A stretch of 45,394 nt of DNA, taken from the IMG/VR virus record IMGVR_UViG_3300043391_000337, positions 1-45,394 of that record, one strand, 5' to 3'. Below, piece by piece: positions 9,566 through 16,429 of the stretch. The translations under genes were made by a program, and so were the position numbers. The stretch's first letter is position 1; each line of letters opens with the position of its first letter. The stretch comes from a virus. Lineage: Duplodnaviria > Caudoviricetes. The notes under the pieces were generated by a model that saw only the letters and a program-made list of their open reading frames with translations, did not search any database and was not told the origin of the DNA.

Positions 9566-9685
9566 ATGAGCGGCCATGTAGATATATTTGTAGATAAAGT
9601 CATGCTAGCGCATGCCTGGCTCATGAATAATATAGAAATGGCAAGTATTTTGGTATTTACTGGTGCGGCCAGCTGGCCTGCGTAG
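9566..9685 (+). CDS. small hypothetical protein (39 aa)
   Basis: MSGHVDIFVDKVMLAHAWLMNNIEMASILVFTGAASWPA; starts 3 nt after the previous stop. Confidence 0.3.
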   Translation: MSGHVDIFVDKVMLAHAWLMNNIEMASILVFTGAASWPA

Positions 9686-9754
9686 AAAAAAGGAAATGAA
9701 TAAAAATGACGTATGTTGAAGTGTTATTATCAGGCCATATAACGAAAGGCCGAA

Positions 9755-10630
9755 ATGAATAACGATAATTATATGGGCCTAGGAGGTTTTCACTGGTTCA
9801 TCGGAGTTGTTGAGGATAGAAACGATCCTCTCAAAGTCGGCCGTTTAAAAGTAAGAATCATCGGAGCACACACATCCGATAAAACAATTCTGCCTACTGA
9901 AGATTTATTCTGGTCGTCTGTAATGTTACCAATTACGGCCAGTGGTATATCTGGTATTGGCCAGTCGGCGACCGGACTACTCGAAGGAAGTTGGGTGTTT
10001 GGTTTCTTTCGTGATGGTGAAAGAAGTCAAGATGCGGTTATATTGGGTAGTTTACCAGGAAGGCCAACACAGGGAGCAAATAGCTCACAGGGCTTTTTTG
10101 ATCCTAATGGAGTTTATCCTCGTTATATAAATGAACCAGATACCAATCGTCTGGCCGTTAACAATGGTGAGAAACCACATCCAAGTTCGGCCATAGATGC
10201 GGCCAATAGAATTACGGATATACAGGCCTATAACTCGGAATGGTCGCAACCAGCGAGCACCTATGCGGCCGTTTATCCTTTTAACCAAGTATACGAATCA
10301 GAGTCAGGCCATATAGTAGAGTTTGATGATACAGAAGGAGCGGAGAGAATACACATCCGCCATCGATCCGGTACTCGCTTTGAAATCACGGCCAACGGCG
10401 ACCAACTGGCCATTACCAAAGGCGACAACTATATAATCATAGATGGTAATAATAAGGTCTATATAGCAGGCTCATCCGATATCACAGTAAATGGAAACGC
10501 AAACATCAAAGCAGGTGGAGATGTAGGTGTGCTGGCCAGTAATATAGACATAACGGCCACAGGCAATATCAACATGGATGCAGGTGGTAACGTGGTAATC
10601 ACAGGCACACGAATTGATCTAAACCCTTAG
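9755..10630 (+). CDS. gp5: baseplate hub/spike protein gp5 (OB-fold plus beta-helix, no lysozyme domain)
   Basis: WFIGVVEDRNDPLKVGRLKVRI, GSWVFGFFRDG, YPFNQVYESESGH.VEFDDTEGAERI, short beta-helix repeats. Confidence 0.9.
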   Translation: MNNDNYMGLGGFHWFIGVVEDRNDPLKVGRLKVRIIGAHTSDKTILPTEDLFWSSVMLPITASGISGIGQSATGLLEGSWVFGFFRDGERSQDAVILGSLPGRPTQGANSSQGFFDPNGVYPRYINEPDTNRLAVNNGEKPHPSSAIDAANRITDIQAYNSEWSQPASTYAAVYPFNQVYESESGHIVEFDDTEGAERIHIRHRSGTRFEITANGDQLAITKGDNYIIIDGNNKVYIAGSSDITVNGNANIKAGGDVGVLASNIDITATGNINMDAGGNVVITGTRIDLNP

Positions 10631-10861
10631 TGATAAAGAGACGGCCAGACAGTACTGGAGAACTTTTGCTAATCTATAAAGACTCACCTATGGTTACTAC
10701 TATTAGAACAGGCCCTTATTCTAAAGTAAACCCTTATGTTATTCCTATAGGAAACCTCGGAGGTTCCAGGATCTGTTAAAAGATTGGTAGTATCTTTATA
10801 GGCGGAAAATTCCCTGGTGGATTTTACTTGTTCCAGGTTCGTTCATTCCATAAATAGGTTC

Positions 10862-11095
10862 ATGTATAAAATCATAAGTGTGATTTTATTATGTTTAACT
10901 TTGTTTTCGTCATCTTCTACATACTCTAAGACAGCAACTGGAACTATGATGGTTACAGCAACGGTACCTGTTAAGGTTGTACCTACTCATATATTCTTAC
11001 CTAATAATACTTCTATAATTAAAGACTTGCCAATTGGTACTAAGGTTACCACGGTTACAAATGGGCATATAACAACCATTACTTTAATATATTAA
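10862..11095 (+). CDS. small secreted protein (77 aa; start revised from 10817)
   Basis: CATAAATA at 10849-10856 then ATG; signal-peptide-like MYKIISVILLCLTLFSSSSTYS followed by beta-rich mature part. Confidence 0.55.
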   Translation: MYKIISVILLCLTLFSSSSTYSKTATGTMMVTATVPVKVVPTHIFLPNNTSIIKDLPIGTKVTTVTNGHITTITLIY

Positions 11096-11096
11096 C

Positions 11097-11125
11097 TTGA
11101 CATTGTTCCAGGTTTGATATATAAT
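11097..11125 (+). promoter_or_regulatory. perfect-consensus sigma70 promoter
   Basis: TTGACA-17 nt-TATAAT, followed by AAGGAG RBS and ATG at 11149. Confidence 0.85.
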
Positions 11126-11148
11126 GGTGGTCAGAAGGAGTATTAACT

Positions 11149-11349
11149 ATGGGTGTATCTAAAAACAATCCTGGTGTAAGACAGGAACAGAAGAAGAAGT
11201 TTTATAAAGGTGTGGAGTTAAGGCCTACTCTATATGTTGGTAGTGCAGTAAATAAAGGTAGATATCTAGCAGGTGCAATTAATGGTGAATTGATTTGTGA
11301 TGCAAATGACACACCTTTACAATTAGCAAAGATACCTTTAGATAAATAA
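11149..11349 (+). CDS. hypothetical protein (66 aa)
   Basis: Strong AAGGAG RBS directly after a consensus promoter. Confidence 0.7.
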   Translation: MGVSKNNPGVRQEQKKKFYKGVELRPTLYVGSAVNKGRYLAGAINGELICDANDTPLQLAKIPLDK

Positions 11350-11369
11350 TAGTATAAGTATTCAGTACA

Positions 11370-11477
11370 ATGATTCAATGGAATATAATTACTTGGTGTA
11401 TTATTATTAGTTTATTAATATGTATGATATTGTTTCCGTCGGAATCGTATCTACAAGCATTACTTCATGGCTATTAA
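11370..11477 (+). CDS. single-TM microprotein (35 aa)
   Basis: MIQWNIITWCIIISLLICMILFPSESYLQALLHGY; fills the gap and overlaps the iscA start. Confidence 0.45.
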   Translation: MIQWNIITWCIIISLLICMILFPSESYLQALLHGY

Positions 11478-11796
11478 CATCACAGACAAAGCAAAGGTTC
11501 AGTTAATTGAATTATTAACGAAGAACAATAAACCTTGTGTATTACTCCAAGCCAAAGGCGGTGGTTGTGCAGGTTTTAAATATGACTGGTCTTTTATAGA
11601 AGAAGATAAAGTGGACGAAAATGATTCGTTCATTGATCTGAGCAATGGTAAGTTCTTTATCATTGATAGTAATAGTGTACCTTTAATTGACGGTATGACC
11701 GTAGATTGGAAAGAAGAAATCTTTGGTTCCAATTTTGAATTAATTAATCCTAACGCAAAGGCTTCATGTGGTTGTGGAGAGTCTTTTGGTGTTTAA
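11467..11796 (+). CDS. iscA: A-type Fe-S cluster carrier (IscA/SufA/ErpA, HesB family)
   Basis: INITDKA, GGGCAGFKY, NPNAKASCGCGESF. Confidence 0.93.
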   Translation: MAINITDKAKVQLIELLTKNNKPCVLLQAKGGGCAGFKYDWSFIEEDKVDENDSFIDLSNGKFFIIDSNSVPLIDGMTVDWKEEIFGSNFELINPNAKASCGCGESFGV

Positions 11797-11989
11797 ACAA
11801 TATCTTTATATACTATTATTAATAGTGTTAGTGTTTATTTGTATAGGTTGTTCTAATGTTAAAATGGCCTGTACAATGACTAATGATAAAGCGTTAACAA
11901 AAGATGGTAAAGAGATATCACCTACTGTAACAGATAAAGCAAAAGACTGTGTAAACAATCCAACTGTAATTGTATTTAAAGAGTTTTAA
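11789..11989 (+). CDS. putative small lipoprotein (GTG start revised from 11768)
   Basis: Basic N-terminus, hydrophobic stretch, lipobox-like CIGC; two further Cys. Confidence 0.5.
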   Translation: MFKQYLYILLLIVLVFICIGCSNVKMACTMTNDKALTKDGKEISPTVTDKAKDCVNNPTVIVFKEF

Positions 11990-12201
11990 AAGAAGAAGTA
12001 TTTAATTAAACCTGATAACCAAGTTGCGGCCATAATAATGAATACTGAAGCGGCTGCATAATCTTTAATAGAAATAAATTTTAATATCCAACAAAGATTG
12101 CCTACAAATAAAAAAGAAGAACCTATTAACCAGTCTATCTGAAAAGATATAAAGATAGCCCCAACAAACATAAAAAAGGTAAACAACCATTTAATAGACA
12201 T
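11986..12201 (-). CDS. small multi-TM membrane protein
   Basis: 71 aa, three hydrophobic segments; similar layout to 18209-18436 (KW..T...VG). Confidence 0.6.
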   Translation of the reverse strand: MSIKWLFTFFMFVGAIFISFQIDWLIGSSFLFVGNLCWILKFISIKDYAAASVFIIMAATWLSGLIKYFFF

Positions 12202-12213
12202 GTACTATATAGT

Positions 12214-12783
12214 CTATGGATTGTTTGCCGACATAGGCACATCAAAAATAAAAGCAATACGTTCTGCTGGCCCTATATTTTCTGCCATGTGATTCTTCTT
12301 ATTATCAAACCAAAAGAATACTCCTGGTTCTACTACAATCACTTCTTTAGTATTATCGTCATCGCCATCGTCCCAAACTGTATAACGATATACACCTTTA
12401 ATAGATAAATGATAACGATCTTTAGTTAAATAATAATTACCTTGATCTATATGTTTACCTGTAATTTTACCTGCAGGTGTATTTAAAAAGGCACAACGGC
12501 CTACTTTTAATGATTTAGATGCTAACCATTGTTGAATGGCCGTATGGCGTCTTGTTGCATCTGTTGGTACACAGATTTCTGTATCACCTATAAATTCTTC
12601 TGGTTTAGAAATACCACCCATAACTAATTGAAGTACATCTGCTGTTACAAGTTTACTATGAGGGTCTTGACGATCAACACCTTTTAAGCGACTAGCATTA
12701 CCCCAATCATCTGAGTATTGTTCCAACTGTTCACGTATTTTAGATACGTCTATATTCTTTTCAATAATACGTATGTTCTTCAT
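12214..12783 (-). CDS. aspartyl/asparaginyl beta-hydroxylase-like 2OG-Fe(II) oxygenase
   Basis: HID (HxD) motif, RYHLSI, FWFDNKKNH, RIAFIFD. Confidence 0.8.
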   Translation of the reverse strand: MKNIRIIEKNIDVSKIREQLEQYSDDWGNASRLKGVDRQDPHSKLVTADVLQLVMGGISKPEEFIGDTEICVPTDATRRHTAIQQWLASKSLKVGRCAFLNTPAGKITGKHIDQGNYYLTKDRYHLSIKGVYRYTVWDDGDDDNTKEVIVVEPGVFFWFDNKKNHMAENIGPAERIAFIFDVPMSANNP

Positions 12784-12875
12784 TTACAAAACATATCTTT
12801 AATCATTAATATCCAAAGACCTATTATTGCAACTATACCTGCTAGAAAGAATGTATTTACTATAATTGCTATCAT
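12780..12875 (-). CDS. single-TM microprotein 4 (31 aa)
   Basis: MIAIIVNTFFLAGIVAIIGLWILMIKDMFCK; ATGA overlaps with both neighbours. Confidence 0.65.
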   Translation of the reverse strand: MIAIIVNTFFLAGIVAIIGLWILMIKDMFCK

Positions 12876-12949
12876 TTTGAAATATGATGTAAAATTATTA
12901 AAGCCGGTATTAATAATACTAATGGTATTAAAAAATTAAATGTCAACAT
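12872..12949 (-). CDS. single-TM microprotein 3 (25 aa)
   Basis: MLTFNFLIPLVLLIPALIILHHISK; TAA-T-ATG junction upstream, ATGA downstream. Confidence 0.6.
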   Translation of the reverse strand: MLTFNFLIPLVLLIPALIILHHISK

Positions 12950-12950
12950 A

Positions 12951-13019
12951 TTATTTCATTCCGTAGTACATGACTGCTCCTAGAACAATCAACGCCACAA
13001 TGATATAAAAAGTTACCAT
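12951..13019 (-). CDS. single-TM microprotein 2 (22 aa)
   Basis: MVTFYIIVALIVLGAVMYYGMK; TAA-T-ATG junctions on both sides. Confidence 0.6.
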   Translation of the reverse strand: MVTFYIIVALIVLGAVMYYGMK

Positions 13020-13020
13020 A

Positions 13021-13104
13021 TTAATTATCCAATACTCTATCTATAAACCAAAGTATAACACATACACCTATAATCAATAACACATAACCAAAAAAATATT
13101 CCAT
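13021..13104 (-). CDS. single-TM microprotein 1 (27 aa)
   Basis: MEYFFGYVLLIIGVCVILWFIDRVLDN; ATG abuts the nuclease stop (TAAATG). Confidence 0.62.
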   Translation of the reverse strand: MEYFFGYVLLIIGVCVILWFIDRVLDN

Positions 13105-13536
13105 TTAATTACACCAAGTAGTTTTGGCTTCGCCGTAGTATTCTCTAGCGTAACCATTTTTAATTAATAATGATCTTAAACTCTGGCCATCTATTATTAT
13201 ATCACCTAATACACGACCACCAAATTTATCCCAATTAGCAATAGCAACTTCTATCTTCTTAGCACTAGCAATTGATTTCTTTGTAAATTCTGTAGCAGCA
13301 AGACCTTTAGTGTTTTCAGATTCACATTTAGCACGGAATCCTTTTTCTGGTGTATCAACACCATAGACACGAATAGATAATTCTTTTTTAAGAGGTTCTG
13401 GTAAGAAATTTGCTTCGAATGCTACAGTATCACCATCTAATACTCTAGTTATTTTATAGTTGTAAATTTTCATTTCTACATCCTTCGCTAACGCCAAAGT
13501 AGGTAGAATCATTAATATTAATAATAATCTTTTCAT
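13105..13536 (-). CDS. secreted thermonuclease (SNase family)
   Basis: Signal peptide MKRLLLILMILPTLALA; RVLDGDT, IRVYGVDTPE, DKFGGRVLG, LIKNGYA. Confidence 0.9.
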   Translation of the reverse strand: MKRLLLILMILPTLALAKDVEMKIYNYKITRVLDGDTVAFEANFLPEPLKKELSIRVYGVDTPEKGFRAKCESENTKGLAATEFTKKSIASAKKIEVAIANWDKFGGRVLGDIIIDGQSLRSLLIKNGYAREYYGEAKTTWCN

Positions 13537-13543
13537 ATACCAT

Positions 13544-13572
13544 AATATATCAGTATTTGACTATTTTGTCAA
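13544..13572 (-). promoter_or_regulatory. sigma70-like promoter for the nuclease operon
   Basis: TTGACA-17 nt (ending TGa)-TATATT, ATG 7 nt downstream. Confidence 0.75.
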
Positions 13573-13815
13573 CAGCTTTTTAACTTCTTCATACCAATAG
13601 ATACCACCCTCACGTAGTTTATCGTTTGAATTACGTAGCTTTTCCATACCACGTTTAAACTTATATAACTGGCCTCTTTTTAATACATCTAATCTTTCAA
13701 TAGAATCTATAATAGCATCTATATCTGGACAAGTAAATTCCGGTATCTTAGGTGCCTTTTTCTTTAATGTCTTTAAATTTGGTTTCTTTCTTTTTGTTCT
13801 CTTAATACCGAACAC
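13561..13815 (-). CDS. basic hypothetical protein
   Basis: 84 aa, AGGAG upstream of a GTG start; TCPDID and EKLRNSNDKLR motifs. Confidence 0.65.
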   Translation of the reverse strand: MFGIKRTKRKKPNLKTLKKKAPKIPEFTCPDIDAIIDSIERLDVLKRGQLYKFKRGMEKLRNSNDKLREGGIYWYEEVKKLLTK

Positions 13816-13975
13816 GTTTTCTCCTTGTTAATCGTTGAGATAACAATTTCAGCTTCTTTAATCTTTTAAGTTTTTTAGTATAACGCTTTGATTGACAATA
13901 GATTGAAAGGTACAACCATGCTAGTAATGAGAATATAATGCCTACTATAATTAGGCCTATGTATTTGTTGTCCAT
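13802..13975 (-). CDS. single-TM protein with very basic tail (57 aa)
   Basis: MDNKYIGLIIVGIIFSLLAWLYLSIYCQSKRYTKKLKRLKKLKLLSQRLTRRKRVRY; fills the gap; not in the ORF track. Confidence 0.6.
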   Translation of the reverse strand: MDNKYIGLIIVGIIFSLLAWLYLSIYCQSKRYTKKLKRLKKLKLLSQRLTRRKRVRY

Positions 13976-13997
13976 TTAACCCTTTGTTGAGTCAAAG

Positions 13998-14019
13998 GGT
14001 GCCTAGTTACCTAGGCACC
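13998..14019 (-). terminator. GNRA-capped hairpin, probable terminator
   Basis: Minus strand GGTGCCTAG-GTAA-CTAGGCACC followed by CTTT, just after the 14037 stop. Confidence 0.7.
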
Positions 14020-14036
14020 TGAAATATAGATTGTTG

Positions 14037-14213
14037 TTATTCTTCGTCTGTTTCGTCTATTTCCTCGTCCTCGTCAAAGTCGGAAACGTTTGAATCAGAA
14101 GAAACACTTATAGTGTCCTCTAAGTCCCACAATAAATCGTCAATTTCAGATTGTTTTTCTTTTATATCGTTAATGATATCTTCAGGAGTTTTAACTTTAC
14201 TTTTTCTTACCAT
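14037..14213 (-). CDS. small highly acidic protein (start revised from 14219)
   Basis: AAGGAG RBS then ATG; C-terminus DFDEDEEIDETDEE. Confidence 0.7.
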   Translation of the reverse strand: MVRKSKVKTPEDIINDIKEKQSEIDDLLWDLEDTISVSSDSNVSDFDEDEEIDETDEE

Positions 14214-14238
14214 ACACACTCCTTAGTTGTTGGTAGTC

Positions 14239-14250
14239 TATTTATAAATA
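14239..14250. promoter_or_regulatory. palindromic bidirectional late promoter
   Basis: TATTTATAAATA contains TATAAATA on both strands, between divergent ORFs. Confidence 0.7.
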
Positions 14251-14255
14251 ATCTT

Positions 14256-14393
14256 ATGACACACACAGAATTTAATGCAGGAAATTTTCAGGAATATAAT
14301 TACGAATGTGAATGGATAGAATGTGTTTGGAATATTACCTATAAACAAATACATTTAGTATCAGCGTTCTACTACCCTTGGATTCAAAGGTAG
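14256..14393 (+). CDS. small aromatic-rich hypothetical protein (45 aa; start revised)
   Basis: ATG 5 nt after TATAAATA; MTHTEFNAGNFQEYNYECEWIECVWNITYKQIHLVSAFYYPWIQR. Confidence 0.55.
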   Translation: MTHTEFNAGNFQEYNYECEWIECVWNITYKQIHLVSAFYYPWIQR

Positions 14394-14417
14394 TAAAACA
14401 CTTTCAATTATAACAAC

Positions 14418-15794
14418 TTACTTTTTAGGCAATAATTTACTTAAAGCAAATGCAATAAGAGGTGTAACAAACATTGCTAAACTAACTGCTATAACATTAA
14501 ACTCTGGAGTTTTAGTAATGATACCTTGTAAACCTAGATAAACGGTTAATGGTGCCATTACAATCGCTGCCCAAAATATTCCTCTACCTGTTAAGTATGC
14601 TGTTGTTAAAATACTTATTAATATAATAAATAAATTAACACGTAATACTCCGTAAGTAAAGAATATGTAAGTTAAGTCCCAGTTTTGCATTGCGATTAAC
14701 CAAACCATAAATGCAACACCAACTATTGACCATCTTGCAACATTAATTGATTTGTTTTTATCTTTAACAAAGTCGTTTGCAATAATACTAGCAATAGCAT
14801 TACCATGTGCATCAATGATAACACAAGCAACGTTTAGCATTGCAACACCAAAGATAGCAACAGCGGCTACACTTACAGATTTTAATAACACTAGTTGATT
14901 TAAACTAACGTCTTTTATTTCTAAACCTGAAGCTAATGCAGCCGTTCCTATTAGTGCAATAATTGTTTGAAGTACAAAATATGTTGGTACTCCCCACACC
15001 CATGCTTTCCAAGGTTTGAAGTTTTGTTGAGCATAGTTTTTTTGGTGGTGTGTTGCACTCATTAAAGGGCCAGTAAAAAATGTTAAAGCGGCTGTATAAC
15101 CAAACGTTAACATAAGAGTAGGATCAAATAGATCACCAATCTGTTTTTTACCTGTTAAGAAATCAGAAAAAGACTTATCTGATGGAATAGCCTTAACTGC
15201 TATATAAAGTAAGACTGAAAATAATATAAAGTTTAAAGCCGTCTGTATAGAACCGGTTACTAAACTAGTTTTAATACCGCCACGGAAACTGTACAACGCT
15301 GTACCAGCCACTATTAAACCTGTAATTATTTCTGCATTACCTATTTCAATAAATTTAATGTATTTAAATGCTGCTGTAAATGTTGTTGCTAAATTGCCGA
15401 AACAAGCAAGTATGAAAATTATTTGAAATAAAGTACCTACGCCTGGACCATAAGTTTTTTTAATCCATTCACTTGTAGTGAAACCATTTGGTACTTTTTT
15501 GTTAATTCTAATTGTAAGCCAGGCAAACAATAAGAAACCTAATAGTTGAGGTACTGTAAACCAAAAATATCCTGCCCAACCATTATTATAAAATTGTTGA
15601 CTGCCTGCAAACAGAGCTAAACCTGTTAACCAGCAACCAATCATACCTAGTGTACTTTCAACTAGGCCTGCGTTACGATTAGCTACAATATAACCTTCTT
15701 TTGTAGTACCATAACTATTTGTAAATTTACTTATACCATAGAATATGGCAAAGTAACATACTAGAAATAGTATGACTGTTGTTATATCAAACAT
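14418..15794 (-). CDS. sodium:solute symporter family transporter (PutP/DUR3-like)
   Basis: About 13 TM segments; YIVANR, PNGFTTSEWIKKTYG, YSFRGGIKTSLVTGSIQ; AGGAG RBS. Confidence 0.85.
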   Translation of the reverse strand: MFDITTVILFLVCYFAIFYGISKFTNSYGTTKEGYIVANRNAGLVESTLGMIGCWLTGLALFAGSQQFYNNGWAGYFWFTVPQLLGFLLFAWLTIRINKKVPNGFTTSEWIKKTYGPGVGTLFQIIFILACFGNLATTFTAAFKYIKFIEIGNAEIITGLIVAGTALYSFRGGIKTSLVTGSIQTALNFILFSVLLYIAVKAIPSDKSFSDFLTGKKQIGDLFDPTLMLTFGYTAALTFFTGPLMSATHHQKNYAQQNFKPWKAWVWGVPTYFVLQTIIALIGTAALASGLEIKDVSLNQLVLLKSVSVAAVAIFGVAMLNVACVIIDAHGNAIASIIANDFVKDKNKSINVARWSIVGVAFMVWLIAMQNWDLTYIFFTYGVLRVNLFIILISILTTAYLTGRGIFWAAIVMAPLTVYLGLQGIITKTPEFNVIAVSLAMFVTPLIAFALSKLLPKK

Positions 15795-15824
15795 CAGTTC
15801 TCCTTATTAAATTATTATCAATAC

Positions 15825-15853
15825 AATATATCACATATATGTTGTTTTGTCAA
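15825..15853 (-). promoter_or_regulatory. sigma70-like promoter for the symporter
   Basis: TTGACA-17 nt (ending TGa)-TATATT. Confidence 0.75.
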
Positions 15854-15898
15854 GATATATATACAAATAATATTGTGGTTAAGGTATACGATTGTATA

Positions 15899-15906
15899 TA
15901 TAAATA
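15899..15906 (+). promoter_or_regulatory. late promoter for the DctP-like genes
   Basis: TATAAATA, then AGGAG RBS and ATG at 15940. Confidence 0.65.
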
Positions 15907-15939
15907 TAACAAAACATGTTTAAAATAGGAGTTATTTAA

Positions 15940-16410
15940 ATGACAAAAACAACTAAAATTAAATGGGTTATCGCCCATGAGCCTTTAAAGCTTTTTATAA
16001 GAGCTGCTAAAGATTTTCAAGATTTTGTTAATGCTGCTCAATCTGTTGAAAAGATTGAAGTAGAAGTTATGACATTATCAGAGTATAGTAACAAATATAA
16101 CAATGGCGTACAAGTTACTAAACACGATTTACTTGATCTTATGGAACAAGGTAAAATCGAAATGTCTCAAATGTACACAACTTGGTTAGCTGAGAAGTAT
16201 GACCATGATTTATTAGCATTAGAAATGCCATACATATTTAAAGATCACAAACATGCTGAAAGAGTATTAGAAGGTAAAGTTGGTGAAACTTTATTAGAAA
16301 AAATTACATCTTTCGGTAACGTTAGAGGTCTAGCGTTCACTTATTCAGGTGGATTTAGAAATATTGTAACTAATAAAAAAGAAAGCAATTTAGATACTTT
16401 AAAGAAGTAA
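15940..16410 (+). CDS. TRAP DctP-like substrate-binding protein, N-terminal half
   Basis: GKIEM, LEMPYIFKDHKHAERVLEG.VG, GGFRNIVTNK; no signal peptide. Confidence 0.8.
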   Translation: MTKTTKIKWVIAHEPLKLFIRAAKDFQDFVNAAQSVEKIEVEVMTLSEYSNKYNNGVQVTKHDLLDLMEQGKIEMSQMYTTWLAEKYDHDLLALEMPYIFKDHKHAERVLEGKVGETLLEKITSFGNVRGLAFTYSGGFRNIVTNKKESNLDTLKK

Positions 16411-16429
16411 TTTAAATTACTATTATAAA

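Noticed and set aside
1665-11732. Short antisense or overlapping ORFs (1665, 2277, 3302, 6126, 6664, 8705, 9439, 9942, 10085, 11499)
   Set aside because: They overlap better-supported genes and lack motifs. The antisense ORF in gp5 (10085-10288) recalls the placement of T4 repEA/repEB, but I see no similarity or promoter to support it
12718-12939. Plus-strand 73-aa ORF
   Set aside because: Antisense to the tightly coupled minus-strand microprotein run and oxygenase start
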